Part shown: positions 35,363-47,940 of the stretch, one piece after another | Numbering within the stretch: position 1 is the first letter of the stretch | How the letters are laid out: each line of letters starts with the position of its first letter | Source: Selaginella moellendorffii | Taxonomy: Eukaryota > Plantae > Lycopodiophyta | Direction: 5' to 3' | Assembly (NCBI RefSeq): GCF_000143415.4 | Contig: NW_003314280.1 | Location: 1,967,549 to 2,031,548, forward strand | DNA: 64,000 nt | The notes under the pieces: model-generated | Seen by the model: the letters and a program-made list of their open reading frames with translations, nothing else | What the model was told of the DNA's origin: nothing | Database searches by the model: none | Position numbers and translations under genes: made by a program

Positions 35363-36852
35363 TCAGCCCGACACCTTTTTTTCACGCTTGGCTTTCGGAG
35401 GAGTCGGCTTGGCTTGCATGACCCAACCATGGATGTCGATAGCAGCAGCATACTTCTCGGCACTGAGGTCCTCGGGTATCACTATCCTGGCGGACGCTTT
35501 CTTTGAGGCGGTCTGATAGACAGTCACGCTGTCGACTCGTAAGCCCATGCCTTGTAGGTGCTGCCCGAGCTCCTTCTCGGTGATGCTGGGATTGAGCTCG
35601 GTGATGGAGATGGAAGGCCCGTCTGCTTTGCCACCTGGACGGACTTGCCTTCCCGTAGGCGCTAGTTTCGGCTTCTCTCCAGTTTCTTGTCCGATCTTCT
35701 CCCTCAGCTCCCGCAAGACGTTCACGCGGAGGTATTTGTCAGGCAGAAGCAAGTCCCAGTAAATTCCTGGCAAGAGGAGAAGATGAGAGAAAACAATGGA
35801 GCCTTGGAAAGGACTTACAAAACTTACCGGTTGGTTTTGGAATTTTGGTGTTCGTGTGATAGATGTAATTTGGTGTGCAAACTATATCGACTGGAAGGTC
35901 GTAAGGGAGCAGCTTGTCCACGGGGATGTCATTCACGAGCTGTTTATCGTGGACTACAACGAAAAACTCAGAGTTATCCATTACCATCACTCGTCAACAT
36001 ACCTGTAGTCACGACAAGTGTGGACTCGTCTATAATTTTCTTGTGACGAAGCAGCGCGTACGCCAGCTCCTCAGTTCCCTGAAATGAAAATCATCCACAC
36101 CTCGCTACAAGAAAAAATGAGATTCTTACATGGCCAACGCCAACGCGAGCACCAGTGTCTGGATCCACCGCAACCGAGCCGATGACAAGAATGTCGACCC
36201 TGAAATCCGACTCAAGCCCCAGCTCTTTTCCCAGCAACTCACCCTCTGCACGACTCTGCTGGAAATAAATCTCACTCACATCGTCTGAGAAACACTGGCG
36301 TACCAATGCGTGCCGAGGTCTCCCTCATCTTGTAGAAGGACAAGTACGTCGGGCTCACAACCGCGTAGAAGCCCTTCTTTAGCCCCGGTGGAGGAACAAG
36401 CAGCACTTTCATATCTGGAAACCAAGAGAAACTCCCATCACAACAAAGAGAAGAAAATTTGTCTGTCGAGATTTACGCCTGAGTGTTATGAATCTCACTT
36501 GTCTCTGCGGCGCATCCGGGCACACGCTCACGAACTGGGCCTCTCGATATTCGGGCAGAAGCAGCACCTAAGAGACAAAAGAAAAAGAGAATGAAATCTC
36601 TGAGGCTGCTACTACTACTACTCTCACCTTGTCAGCTGCCTTGCCGGCTCCACGGAAATTCGGAATTGTGTTGTGCACCGGCCTCGGCATCAAAGCAATG
36701 CCCTTTTTCTCGATCAAATCCCACATTCGCTTCCGAATTCCCCATTTCCAAGCGCCAGGCTTCTCGTCGGCTGGCGCAGCAGCAGGCGCGTGAGCATTCG
36801 AGCAAAAGCCTCTCGATCGGAGCGCGCGCCACCGCTGTGGGAGGCGCTGCAT
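35363..36852 (-). CDS. 5-formyltetrahydrofolate cyclo-ligase-like protein COG0212/MTHFSD with an RRM-like C-terminal extension
   Basis: [11 protein letters not shown]...[54 protein letters not shown]. Confidence 0.88.
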
Positions 36853-38462
36853 TTTCCCTCCCTCCTCCCCTAAAACCCTAAACCTTCCGTACCATGTAAT
36901 CTTTCCGTACGAAAGATATAGGAGCCCTAAATTGCGAGAATATCTTTATTCCGCTCAAACCTATTATTAGCGTCAACCTTCCGATCTTTTGCTGGATCCA
37001 CAAAAATCTCTTGGAATCGTCCGGATCCCTTTTAGAGTTTATAAGGATTCCATTGATGTGAGACTTCTGACATCAATGCATCACTTGGAAAATAGAATAG
37101 ATCCAAATCTCATCGCCCACCCACTGGCGAATCGCCACATTCCAAGCCCTTGTTTATCCCAGCGCCAGAGCTGATTGGCGCGAGCACTCCGCGATCTTGC
37201 GTCCACGTCGTGGCGCGAAGATGTGAACAGCCCCGCGATTGTTGTCAATGAATATGATACTCGATTTCTCGCACTGTGGAGCGATTTGCCGGCACAGACA
37301 CGGTGCTCGATCGATCTCCACGGGATTCGAGAAAGGAGCCCCGACCCACAAACCAGAGTTTAAAGCGGGGGGGACAATTCAATCGTCTAATCGCTAAAGC
37401 GAATCAAATGTTTCCACAGAAAAAAGAGTGTGCGCAAGTATTTCAAGGTGTGGCGTACGGATTGTCTCGCTTTTTCCGGAAGGCCCAGGTTTTTCAAAGG
37501 CTAGAAAACACACGAAGGTGTTCGTCGCCAACAAATGGTCAAGCTTGTCGACATCCCGTTGGATGATTTTCTCCACTGATCGACGAAATCAGCCTCGCGA
37601 AAACAAAGTCTTTTTCTTTGTAGATTCGCCCAACTTGTTGCTAGCTATAGAGTTTAACGTCTAGCAACATGTCTTAAACATTCCGTAATTATCTTTTGAC
37701 TTTGGAACAGCCGATAATTGTTACACCCCGGGGGGTCCATTTCGATGCAACCACATCCATAGCTATCGAAACTTCTCCCCTTGGTCAAAAAGTTTAAATC
37801 GCCCAAAAGATCCCCGGAAACTCTCCCGGCTGCGAAAGCAACTTGGTGACCAATCAAAGCGAGACACGATGCTTCCGGCGGATGCTGCACACGGCACGAA
37901 AAAAAGAAACAAAAAAAAAAAAGAAAAGTGTCTTTGGGAGAGCCAAGCAGTAACTTGGGGCAATTGTTTATTGTTGCAAGAGTCTCTCCAGAGTTTCGCG
38001 ACAACACAAAGTCCCCATCCCTCTTTCTCTCACTCTCTCTTTTAGCACTACTCTGGATGGAAGCACTGGTTCTTTCTCTTCTGGGGGATGGATCATTCAT
38101 GGTGGCTCGCTGGTGGTTTTTTTAAGGTGTGCTTTTCTTTTCTTTTCCACAGTGGGGGAGCTTGTCGAGAAATCCTTGCACACCTTTGGGGAAACACGGT
38201 GGTAAAAGAAGCGCTTCGCTTGGTGCTGTGGGACACTCACACACAACGTGACACAGTGATCACAGTGATATCATATACACGATATAATAGTATTATGTAT
38301 TGTTATATAGTATCATATCATGTAGTATATATAAGTGCTTTCGATCCAGGCAGCAACCCGGTTCCTCACACCGCACTTCGCCGTTCGCTCGCTCTCGCTC
38401 TTGCGCTCTCTCCACCATCTCCACACAAAGACCCTCTTCTTCCAAGAAAGAGATTCTCGAGA

Positions 38463-39050
38463 ATGGCAAGCTTGTGGATGCTCGCGGTGCTTGCCACAGC
38501 GGCCTTTGTTCTACTCCTGCTCCCTGGCGAGGCTGTTTGCGAGGGTGATACCACTACCAAGAAGGAGCAAACAAGAGGTTTGTTTAGCTTGATTTCGCGA
38601 TATATATTTCTATGATTTGCATCCACTTGGTACTTGATCTTTCTTAGATGGCGACCGCAATGTCGCAGATATAGATACCGCACTGGATCATCAGCTGGCG
38701 CGCCAGCTTGCTTCTCGTCCCAAAATCCGTTGGTCTCGGAAGGTGCTTTCAATACAATGTTTGATCACACTGGGCTTTTCTCTCATATGATTCATTCTTG
38801 CTTGCAGATGCTAGATTCTCCAGCGCAGTTTGCAGATCACCCGGCGACGAGCAAGTCGCAAGCAGCACCGGAAGCTCAAGCAAAGGTTTCCAGAACTGTG
38901 AAGGAAAGAGACGCCGCTGGATCAGCAGTACCAAGCACGAGCTCATCCACCAAGAGCTCGTCCAAGCACGACAACACCGAGGACCTGTTCCACATAGATT
39001 ACACACCGGCCGCGATTCACCCTCCTCGCAGCCACGGTCACAATCCTTGA
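38463..39050 (+). CDS. RGF: RGF/GOLVEN/CLEL-type sulfated peptide precursor, 3 exons
   Basis: Signal peptide MASLWMLAVLATAAFVLLLLPGEAVC. Exons join in frame, with SRK|ML at the second intron. C-terminal DYTPAAIHPPRSHGHNP resembles the RGF DY..P.HHPP.HN motif. Confidence 0.82.
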
Positions 39051-40229
39051 GATAACAAAACGATTTCTTCACAGGCTCGATCAAGCACCACATTAAATAG
39101 AGCTTAGCAGCAGCCTGTACAAAGAAAAGAGTAAGAGACCATCAAGCAGAACAAAAAAACAGAAGAGAATAAGCAAGCATATAGTAATCAAATCACTGAT
39201 CAGTATGTCAGTCGATCGAGCTAGATCAAATCTAGCTCCTCCTCCTCCTCCTCCTCCTCGGGTTTGCAAATGGCAATTACAAATGTGAATTCTATTCTCC
39301 GCGACGCTCTCTCCTTCGATCATCATGTAGCTCAAGACTGTGTTCTTGAGGAAGAACGCACAGTGGCGGCATATACCCTGCCTAGTGGACAAATTGGTGC
39401 AGCGCGGTATATTCCTCGGCACTGCGGCCGTGGACTGGATTAAACAAAAGGCCGGATTTGGGGTGGCGATTTGGTCGGCTGGAGCTAAGCAAAAACAAGC
39501 CCGGCCACTGTCTAGAGCTTACGCTCTCGTCATCATCGCCGCTCAGACAGGCCGACCGAGTGCCGACGTGGTCGCCTTGCCTATAGCCTCAAATCTCCCC
39601 CAGTCCACTCTAGTCAAAGCCTGTGGTCAACGGCGTGCGTGGGTGTGGTGATGTCAACGCGCGCAACGTCACTGCAAGTTGGGGGAGCTCTGAGTCCTCC
39701 ACTACAAGCTGTCCGCGATGGGACGGGATTTTGGCGATTGGATCTACGGATACTGCGAGATTCCGGCATCAAGTATTCTGGAAAGGCGATGACTACCGAT
39801 CGATCGAGGGGAATGGGTGAATCACATCACACCCATTTTTTTTTTTTTTGACACCACTGAGAAAGAAGGGTTCATTTCGCTTCTTCGTTTCTAGCTTCGT
39901 CCCCCCTTTGCCTTTAAGTGAGTGCACACACGAGCGTAGAAGAACACTATCATTCCGATACCTAGTGGATGACAGGTATTCCCTGGAGGGCATCATCCGC
40001 CAACGCAATTTGGTGTTGACTTTGTACTTTCTTCCTCCCTCGCATCGCAGCAGTCAGTTCGGGGCAACTTGAGCAAAGCTTCCCATCCCCTCTTTTCTCG
40101 CCACAAGTTGATCAAGTCACGCAAAGATGTGCTGTGGATGGTGGTGGTCACGGGATGGGTCCGGCGTCTGCGCGCTCGCATCCTCTCCAGGCACCTCCAA
40201 ACCGACAAGCTCAGATTCTGGAGCCCAAG

Positions 40230-42110
40230 GGTACGATCGAAACCTTCTCCCTGCCAGCCTTCTGGTGCAGATGCACCGCGGTCGCTGCAATATCGAGGAG
40301 GCCCCGGCCGTGTTTGATGCTCTCCACTCCCGACAGCGTTTTCTCTGGAAACATCATGGTCGCGGCGTTTGCCCAGAACGGGCATATCCCCGATGCGTGG
40401 CAAGTGTTTGATGCAATGCCGGAGAAGAACGTAGTATCTTGGACCACTATTATTGCTGTCTACTGTTCCGCCAGTCACGTCGAGGGAGCAAAGCTACTGT
40501 TTGATGTGGCTGGAACGCTCTCGTCACGGCTTATGCCCAAAACGGGCATGTGTTTGACGCGGCGGTGGTGTTCTACAGGCAGCCCGCTAGAACGCTCGTC
40601 TCCTGGAACTCGATTCTCAAGGGCTACTCTCAAGACGGTGATTTGGATTCAACACTTGGAACGGTTCGCGGCCTTCTTGGGAACTTGAGAAGGATTCTTT
40701 CGCTTGGGCCGCTGCCATCCAAGCGTATGCCCGAGCTGGTCATGTCGGCGATGCAGCAGCCGTTTACGAGGGAATGCCTCGGCACTGTTCCGTTACCGTA
40801 ACCGCGATGATCCAGGCTTTCGGTCAGGCCGGGATTCCCAACAGAGCAAAGAAAGTTTTTGAGAGTCGCTGTCCAGAACGAGATATGATCACTTGGACAG
40901 CTTTTCTTTCGGCACTTGCGGCAAATGGGATGGTGCAAGATGTGAAGGATGCGCTCGAAGATGCCAGAGAAGAATTGCGTTTCTTGGGACGCTCAACAGA
41001 TAGGTGGCTTTTCCTTCGGCGTATAGGATGCCTCAACACAGTTGTCACGGCTTCCAACTTCTTGATCGAAGCGCTCGCTCAAAACGATTCCAAAGTAACT
41101 TTTCTGGCGCTGTCTCACACGTGGGCTGGAGAAATGAAGGCCGCGGCTACGTTACTAGAAAGGATGCCACAGACCACAGTCAACATGGAGATAAGAGGGG
41201 GCCTGGGATATTCCAGGAATGGTGATGCCGTGCGTGCCGTCCAAGTGTTCTTCCGGGAGATGACGCAGCGTAACATCGTGTCGTGGAACTCGATTCTCCA
41301 AGCGCTGTTGGTCTGGATAGAGCTCACAAGCTCTTCGCTCAAATGCCGCAGCACGACGTCATCTCCTGGACGTCGCTGGTGGCCAAGTTCGCTTCGAAGC
41401 CCGAGTTCCAAGACGAGGTGAGGAACTTATTCCAGAGAACGCCTGAAAGAGATATTGCAGCGTGCAGTGCATTGATCGCCGCCTATGCTCACAGCGGTCA
41501 AGCGAGAGCGTCGCTGGAGCTCTTCCGGCTCATGGACTTGGAAGGACGCCGCGACTTTTGTGAGCGCGTTGGACGCCTCTGCTACTCTCTCGGCTCTTCC
41601 CCAGGGCAGGATTCTCCACTCGAGCATTCTCTCCAATTAGCAACCGCGCTCGTGAACATATAGTACCTATTGCTCTTGCATGGACGAAGCTCATGTGTTT
41701 GACAGCATGGAGGAGCGAGACGTCGTCTCCTGGAACGCATTGGTGGCGGCCACTCTCACCACGGCCACGGCAACAAAGTCTTCCTCGAGCTTCTCCCCGA
41801 GATGGTGCTACAGATAGTGCATCCAGACAGCGTGACGCTCACCAGCTGCGCTTACAGTCACGTAGGCCTGCTCGACGGCGGCTTGGAGTTCCTCGGCCGG
41901 ATCCCTGAGGACTTTAGCATGCAAGCGACGCTGGACAAGGGCGATTGGAAGATGCCGAGGAGCTGGTTGAGGTGAGGCCGTTTGAGCCGGACAGCTCTAC
42001 GGGGATGAATCTAGTCGGTGCCTGTGTAAGCCACGGTGGCCATGCCGCAGGAGCTGGAAACCACATAATCGAGCTCCATACGTGTTGCTCGCCAACATGC
42101 TCGCTAACTG
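40230..42110 (+). pseudogene. Frameshifted PLS-PPR pseudogene
   Basis: PPR motifs (VFDAMPEKNVVSWT, RDMITWTA, RNIVSWNS, HDVISWTS, E-domain PFEPD) are scattered across three frames with stops. Confidence 0.85.
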
Positions 42111-42298
42111 CTAGAGGAACTACGACGTGAGATCAAACGATCTCTCGCTTTTGTTTTCTGGAAAGAACCGTGGTGTTGCAAGAGGCTCTTTTAAGAAGGT
42201 GTTACTTCGAAGTCGCGAGAAACAAGAAAGCCTAACAAAATCAAGCATCGATCGCCTTGATCATTCTACGTAAAAGGGATTCTTTGTCTAGGTAATCT

Positions 42299-43283
42299 AT
42301 GGCGCTTGAGGCCTGCGCCAGCATGGCGGTCTCGTTTGTGCCCGCTCGCAATGTTGGTCCTCTTCTTCCACAGGAGAAAACGCGTGTGCTTTCACGCCAG
42401 CGCTTCCGGATTCGTGGGTTGAGTGCTGCGAGTGAGCAGCCGGATGTTCCTCCCAGCACACACGTCCAAGAAAACCAGGTTTCTTCTTCCCCATGTTTCT
42501 TCTCTAAAACTTCACGCTCTACCTAGTTGCCAGGCGGAGGTGAGAATTTTGGATCGCCCAAGAGCTTGCTAGCATCAATCCTCTCACGAAATGACGAGTA
42601 GGCCAACGTCCATTCGATCGGTGCTTCTGTTGAAAGTGAGTGATTCTCTTCCATCTTAACAACGCAGCCTCAAGAGCCAACTGAGGAGATATGGAACCGC
42701 TGGGATACTTTCTTACGGCGTTTTCAACACCATGTACTACCTAGGAACGTTTCTCTTCTTCTGGTAAACGACCACCTGGCCGCCATAGCCAACACCTTAC
42801 AGATAGTGATCGATGAAAACTGGTATTTTTTCACAGGTTCTATGTGGCTCCATCACCAGGAGGCCTTGGCTATGCTGCTGCTGCTCAAAGGTTTGTCCGT
42901 GTGTACTTTCCACTCGTTTTGATCGCGAGAGTTCGAGCTTTGTTACATGTATCACAGGTTTGTGAAGCTCTTTGCGATGGTGTGGGCAGGCAGTCAAGTG
43001 ACGAAACTTTTGCGTGCTGCAGCGTAAGTTTCGCGTCGCTCTCAAATCTAAATTGCTTTCCATTCCAGCGCTCTGGCTCTGGCCCCGCTCGTGGACAAGT
43101 GTCTCAACTGGTTTACAAGCACACTCCACTTCGAATCGAGGGAAAAGGTTGCTTTTGTTCTGGGATTTCTAAGAACTCCACCTTGCGTTTTTGGTTTCTT
43201 TGCAGGCGTTTGGAACTCTAGTAGCCGGCTGCTTTGCTCTGGCTTTGCTCGTCTTCGTTGTCATCACAAGCTTATGGGCGTGA
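42299..43283 (+). CDS. Conserved uncharacterised plastid membrane protein (At2g38695-like), multi-exon
   Basis: Transit-like N-terminus; LRRYGTAGILSYGVFNTMYY, WFYVAPSPG, AMVWAGSQVTK, ALALAPLVD, ending ITSLWA*. Ortholog assignment is from memory. Confidence 0.75.
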
Positions 43284-43463
43284 CTCCAATAGAGCAGAAC
43301 AGGCTTTTGTCCAAACAGGCACTGAAAAATTTCTTTATACATGAGTAACTCCGGCAGTGCTTGTGGGACTCTAGAAACTCGAGGATCACTGCGCAGATTA
43401 TGCGAAATTACGCTCCAAGATTGGAGGAGCAACAAAATACAAACCCTTCTCCACCGCCGCTGC

Positions 43464-45014
43464 CTAATACACGTGAAGCATGGTGTCTTTGTATCCTGCT
43501 GCCGCCTTGTGTTTTTCAAATAGCTCTTGAAGCGCGACTATGAATTTCTCCAGAACATTAGCCACCTGCATTCCATTCCCGTTGCTACAAATGCAAACTT
43601 CGTGGATCATACCTCCTCTCTGGATGGCTGCGAGGTTTTGGTCACCTCAATCGGATTGCCTACAGCTACGTACATCTCCTGCTGGCATGGAACAGGACTC
43701 CTGCACGATCATCGAGTAAGCTACAAGAAAGAAGAAAAGAGAGATCAACGTACCCATACATTCCCCAGAAGACGAGAGGGGTAAACCCGATAGCTCTTGA
43801 GAGCTTGGCGTAGAGCTCTCCTTTCGGCTTCCACCACTTGTAAGCTTCAGTCTGTAAGAAAAAAAGACGGGTGGTGCTAGAAAGAAAAAAAAATCTTTGA
43901 GAAGTTCTTTCATACCTGGCCGAAACAAAACACCGGAACTAATGGAGCACCAGTCTCGATGGCCACCCGCACAAATCCAAATCTTTTCTTCAAGAAAACC
44001 ACCTGGAAAACAGATAAGAGAAATCCAAAGCAGTCATGAAAAGGAGATGACGATGTGGCACAAACCTCGTGTCCATGCTCCATGTAGAGGCACTCTTGGA
44101 CACCTCCAGGCACGACAATACAAGAGTAGCCATCGTTCAAAAGCTTGCCAAAGGTTTTTCGCGAGGCAGGAACGAGACCAAGCCACGTCCAGATGTGACG
44201 CAGGATTGGAGTTGCAAACACCTGGACGTGTCACGGCAAAACAAATCAGCGCAAACTTAGAAAAAATCTTCAAAAAATTCAAAACGCTTTTACGCACAGC
44301 ACTGCTGGCCAACGCTCGGATTTTCGTAAAAGGCATGTAGCCAGTGTAGTGGCAGAGCGAGATAATCCCGATAGGGAGGATGGAGTGTGGCTCCACCGCG
44401 AACACTGTTCAAGCATTTATCTGTCATTCCAAAAAAAAATACATAGAGAGAGAGAATACCATATGCCTTGCTCAAGTCGAAGGATTTTATATCATCGACA
44501 TGGAGCCTGATAGGAAAATGCTTCGGTGCATACTTGCAGATAAACCTACACGATCGAAGCAACAAAAAAAAAAAGAAAAAAATCCAAGCTTTTTGTAAGC
44601 AAGGATCGATCAAAAAAAAAAAAATCGCTACTTACGTCGCGACCTTGCGACCCAAAGGGCTCTCGTGATGGGCCGGAAGAACCATGAGCAGCAAATACAA
44701 GCCCATGACCCTGGATCAAGAAAGAAGAGCGCCCTATAAACCGAGAAGAGCGGGAAAACGAGAAAGAAGAGGAGAAATGCAAATGCTTACGCAATGGCCC
44801 AGGCTCGCCGCAAATTGGCAAGAACGACGAGGCCGACGATGGTGTTAAAATGGATGGCGCCCAGCCATATGAGCACCGCGATCCAGCTCAAAACGCCGCC
44901 GCTCGCCGGCGGATCCACCCGCCTGTGCAGCGAATTGCATGCATCGCTCCCGGCGCCGCCATCGCCATCGCCATCGCCATCGCCGCCCTTGGCGTGAGCC
45001 GCGGCCGCCGCCAT
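43464..45014 (-). CDS. DGAT2: Diacylglycerol O-acyltransferase 2
   Basis: HFP (YFP motif), [36 protein letters not shown]; TAG at 43464. Confidence 0.93.
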
Positions 45015-45177
45015 GAATCGAGTGCTCCCCACACACTCCCCCATTGGCAGCACCAAATGCCCGCCCGCCACCGTCGATTTGCCAATCCTAGGGCTGCGAT
45101 GCTGCCACTAGGTGACAGATCTCGCGGCCCCACGCCTCACAAATGCAGCCGCAGATCTCTGCGCACCGCGGTCGCTC

Positions 45178-45213
45178 CACGTGGGAAGTATCGGTAAACA
45201 CGTGGCGCGCGTG
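45178..45213. promoter_or_regulatory. Two G-box/ABRE motifs plus a CE3-like CGCGTG upstream of DGAT2
   Basis: CACGTG at 45178 and ACACGTGGC at 45198, followed by CGCGTG, 165-200 bp upstream of the ATG. Confidence 0.5.
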
Positions 45214-45299
45214 TAGCCGTCGGTGCTCGCATAGATTGTGCCAAAGAACACGTTACATTCGAGCTATTGAAAGCGAGCTCGTGCCCGGGAATGATGCTC

Positions 45300-47103
45300 T
45301 CAGCATATCTCGCGCTTCCGTACGCGGAGCTTCACCCCGTGGATGGGGCGTACGACAATGCTCAGGCGGACGGCCAGGGGGTTCTCCATGGCCGGCGAGT
45401 GCTCAAACGTGTAGCGCTGGTAGAAGTGGATCAAGGCCAGCTTCATCTCCAGGTAGGCCAACTTGTAGCCGATGCACATCCGGGGCCCGATTCCAAAGGG
45501 GGAGTGAGCGTACGGGTGGCGCTTCTTGGCCTCGGCGCAGTCGGGATCGAAGCGCTCCGGGCGGAAGAGATGCGGCTCCGGGAAATCCTCCTCGTCCTGG
45601 GCGAGCGCATTGATCACCAGCCAAACCCAAGTTCCCTGGTAGAAGAAAGTTTGGCTATCTCTACAAGAAAGAGAGAGGGATGTTACCTTTGGAATGTGGT
45701 AGCCTACCACCTTGATATCCTCCATCGCCTCGCGAGCAACAACTGGGGAGAACGTGATCATCCTCATGGATTCTTTGATCACCTGTTGATCATTGACACT
45801 CTGAAGAGGGAGAAAGATTCGCGAGCACTGACCTGGTCAACGTACTTGAACTTGTCCACGTCCTCGAAGGCCACCGTTGACCCCAGTGGGGCGAGCTCGT
45901 CAATCTCCTTGACCATCTTTGACGCCACCTCCGGGTGCGCGGCGATGAAGTAGAGCGTGTAGCAGAGATTGGTGCCAGTTGACTCCGACCCGGCCATCAT
46001 GAGCTCGTAAGCCAGCGCCAGCACCCGCTCGTCGGTCAACAGCTCGCGCATCTCCTGGCTCTTGGCCCGCGCGTCCAGCAGCAGCGACAGCGCATCGCTC
46101 CTAACAACTCCGTCCCGCATCTCGGCCTCCCTCCGCTCCAGCAGCGCCCTCATCTGGGCCTCGAGCAGCAGATTCCCCGTGTACTGGTTCCAGTCGCCGG
46201 TCCCCGGGATCCTCTTCATGATCTCGCGGATCGGGTGCTGGAGGAAGGGGAAGAAGAGCCCCGCGAAGGTGCTCACCGGGGCCTTCTCGTTCATCGTCAA
46301 CGTATCGAGCGAATTGAGTACCGCATTCACCATGTCCTTGTCCTCGCTGCGACCATCAGCCCAAGAGGGCTTGACGAGCTTGAAGCCGGTGCCAAATGCG
46401 CTCTCCCCGATCACGTCCAGGGCCATCCTCTGGAGGAGCTGGGTCATGTTGACATCCTCCCCGGCGTTTGCGTGCTTGTCCAGGATCTCCACCACTTGGC
46501 CCATCACTCGCTCCATGAGCGGCACGTACGCAGAGAGCTTCTCCGTGTGGAACGTGGGGAGGAGTATGTTCCTCATCCTCGCCCAGTCAGGAGCCCTTCA
46601 GAAGGACACTAGTATTACGAATATTTGCAAGGCAAAGTCTTACTTTGTCATGAACAGCCCGTGTAAGTGGATCCAGCTCTCCTTCATGTAAGGAAGGATG
46701 ACACGGTTTGGGAACACCTTGAACTTCCGTATGGCAATCTCCTGGCAGAGGTCAGCTGAGGCTACAAAGACAATCGGTTGTCTGCCCAGCTGGAACCTGA
46801 TAGCAACCGAGAACTGAGGCTAAGTTAGATCATATCTGTTTACCTGTAAATTGGCCCCAGCTGCTTGGCAAGCTTGATGAAAACGCCGGCTTGGTACTTG
46901 GCCATGAGTGGGAGGTGTCCCAGACCTGAGATGTATGGAGCAGCAGGAATTTTCGACAGCTTCCATGCGGGCCATTGCAAGTAAATCAAGATTGTCACAA
47001 CAATCACAAAGAAAACTGCGATGATCAGCGCCATTTGCAGGCCGTCTATCCAAGGGAGCGCTTTATATATGTGAAACCATGTTTGGACGACTCGGGGTAG
47101 CAT
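45300..47103 (-). CDS. MAX1: Cytochrome P450 CYP711A (MAX1, strigolactone biosynthesis)
   Basis: FQLGRQPIVFVASADLC, FPNR, ALAYELMMAGSEST, KESMR, FRPERFD, HPYAHSPFGIGPRMCIG. Confidence 0.93.
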
Positions 47104-47124
47104 TTTTCAAAGCATCTTACTTGT

Positions 47125-47230
47125 TTGTTAGCTGAAAGGCTTCGTCAAAAGCCTTCGTAAATTACCCTTTCTTAATATATAAAATGTTTTGGAAATAAAA
47201 TTTGAATAGACGAAGCCTTTCAGCTAACAA
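47125..47230. mobile_element. MITE-like 106-bp element with perfect 22-bp inverted repeats
   Basis: ttgttagctgaaaggcttcgtc (47125-47146) and gacgaagcctttcagctaacaa (47209-47230) around an AT-rich core; TSD unclear. Confidence 0.55.
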
Positions 47231-47284
47231 CTTTCTCACGGATAGAATTCTGTTTGGGTTCGATTGGGATGAATTCTTCGGCCG

Positions 47285-47515
47285 CGGCTCACGAGCGGCG
47301 GCGTTTTGAGCTGGATCGCGGTGCTGACATCGCTGGGCGCCATCCATTTCAACACCATCGTCGCCCTTGTCAATTTGTGGCGAGTTGCGTTTGCATTTCT
47401 CCTCTCCTTTATTGTCTTGTTTTCCTGCTCTCCTCGGCTGATATGCGGTGCGGTGCTGGGTCTTGAGTCGAAAGTTTTTGATCGATCGTTGCTTATAAAG
47501 CTTGTATTTTTTGTT
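47285..47515 (+). pseudogene. Inverted duplicate of DGAT2 exon 1 and intron sequence
   Basis: ggcggcgttttgagctggatcgcggtgct...gccatccatttcaacaccatcgtc is the reverse complement of ~44834-44900. Confidence 0.85.
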
Positions 47516-47649
47516 TTCTTCTGTCCATATGGAAGTCTTTTCTTTTTCTCCTTTTTTTCTTAAATGATATAATCGGGATTATCTCTGCAGTAAAACAACA
47601 AGGTTCTACACTGATTTATTTTACGTCCAGGATTTTGCGACGCCAATCT

Positions 47650-47940
47650 CCTAGCGGAGGCTACAAAGACAATCGGTTTTCTACCTGATAAAAACCGAGA
47701 CTAAAGATCATAAATCCAGTGCCTGTAAATTGGACCCAGTTGCTTTGCAATTTTGATGAAAACGCCGGCTTGGTTCTTGGCCATGAGTGGGAAGGAGGTG
47801 TCCCACGCATGAGATGTATGGAGCAGCAAGAATTTTAAGCAATGCAAAACAATTCATACCAGGAACCAAACTCTGATCAACAACAACCAAGATTGCCATA
47901 ACAATCACAACATCAGCGCTATTTAAAAGCCGTCAATCAA
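47650..47940 (-). pseudogene. Duplicate of the MAX1 5' end (exon 1, intron 1, start of exon 2)
   Basis: gaggctacaaagacaatcggtt and ttgatgaaaacgccggcttgg..cttggccatgagtggga match 46757-47050. Confidence 0.85.

Noticed and set aside
36871-36885. Interstitial telomere
   Set aside because: Only one or two AAACCCTA units near a gene start; an ordinary telobox promoter motif, also seen at 3128-3156, 17897, 21173, 25985 and 49634.
39340-39800. GC-rich possible gene fragment
   Set aside because: No consistent frame or recognisable family.
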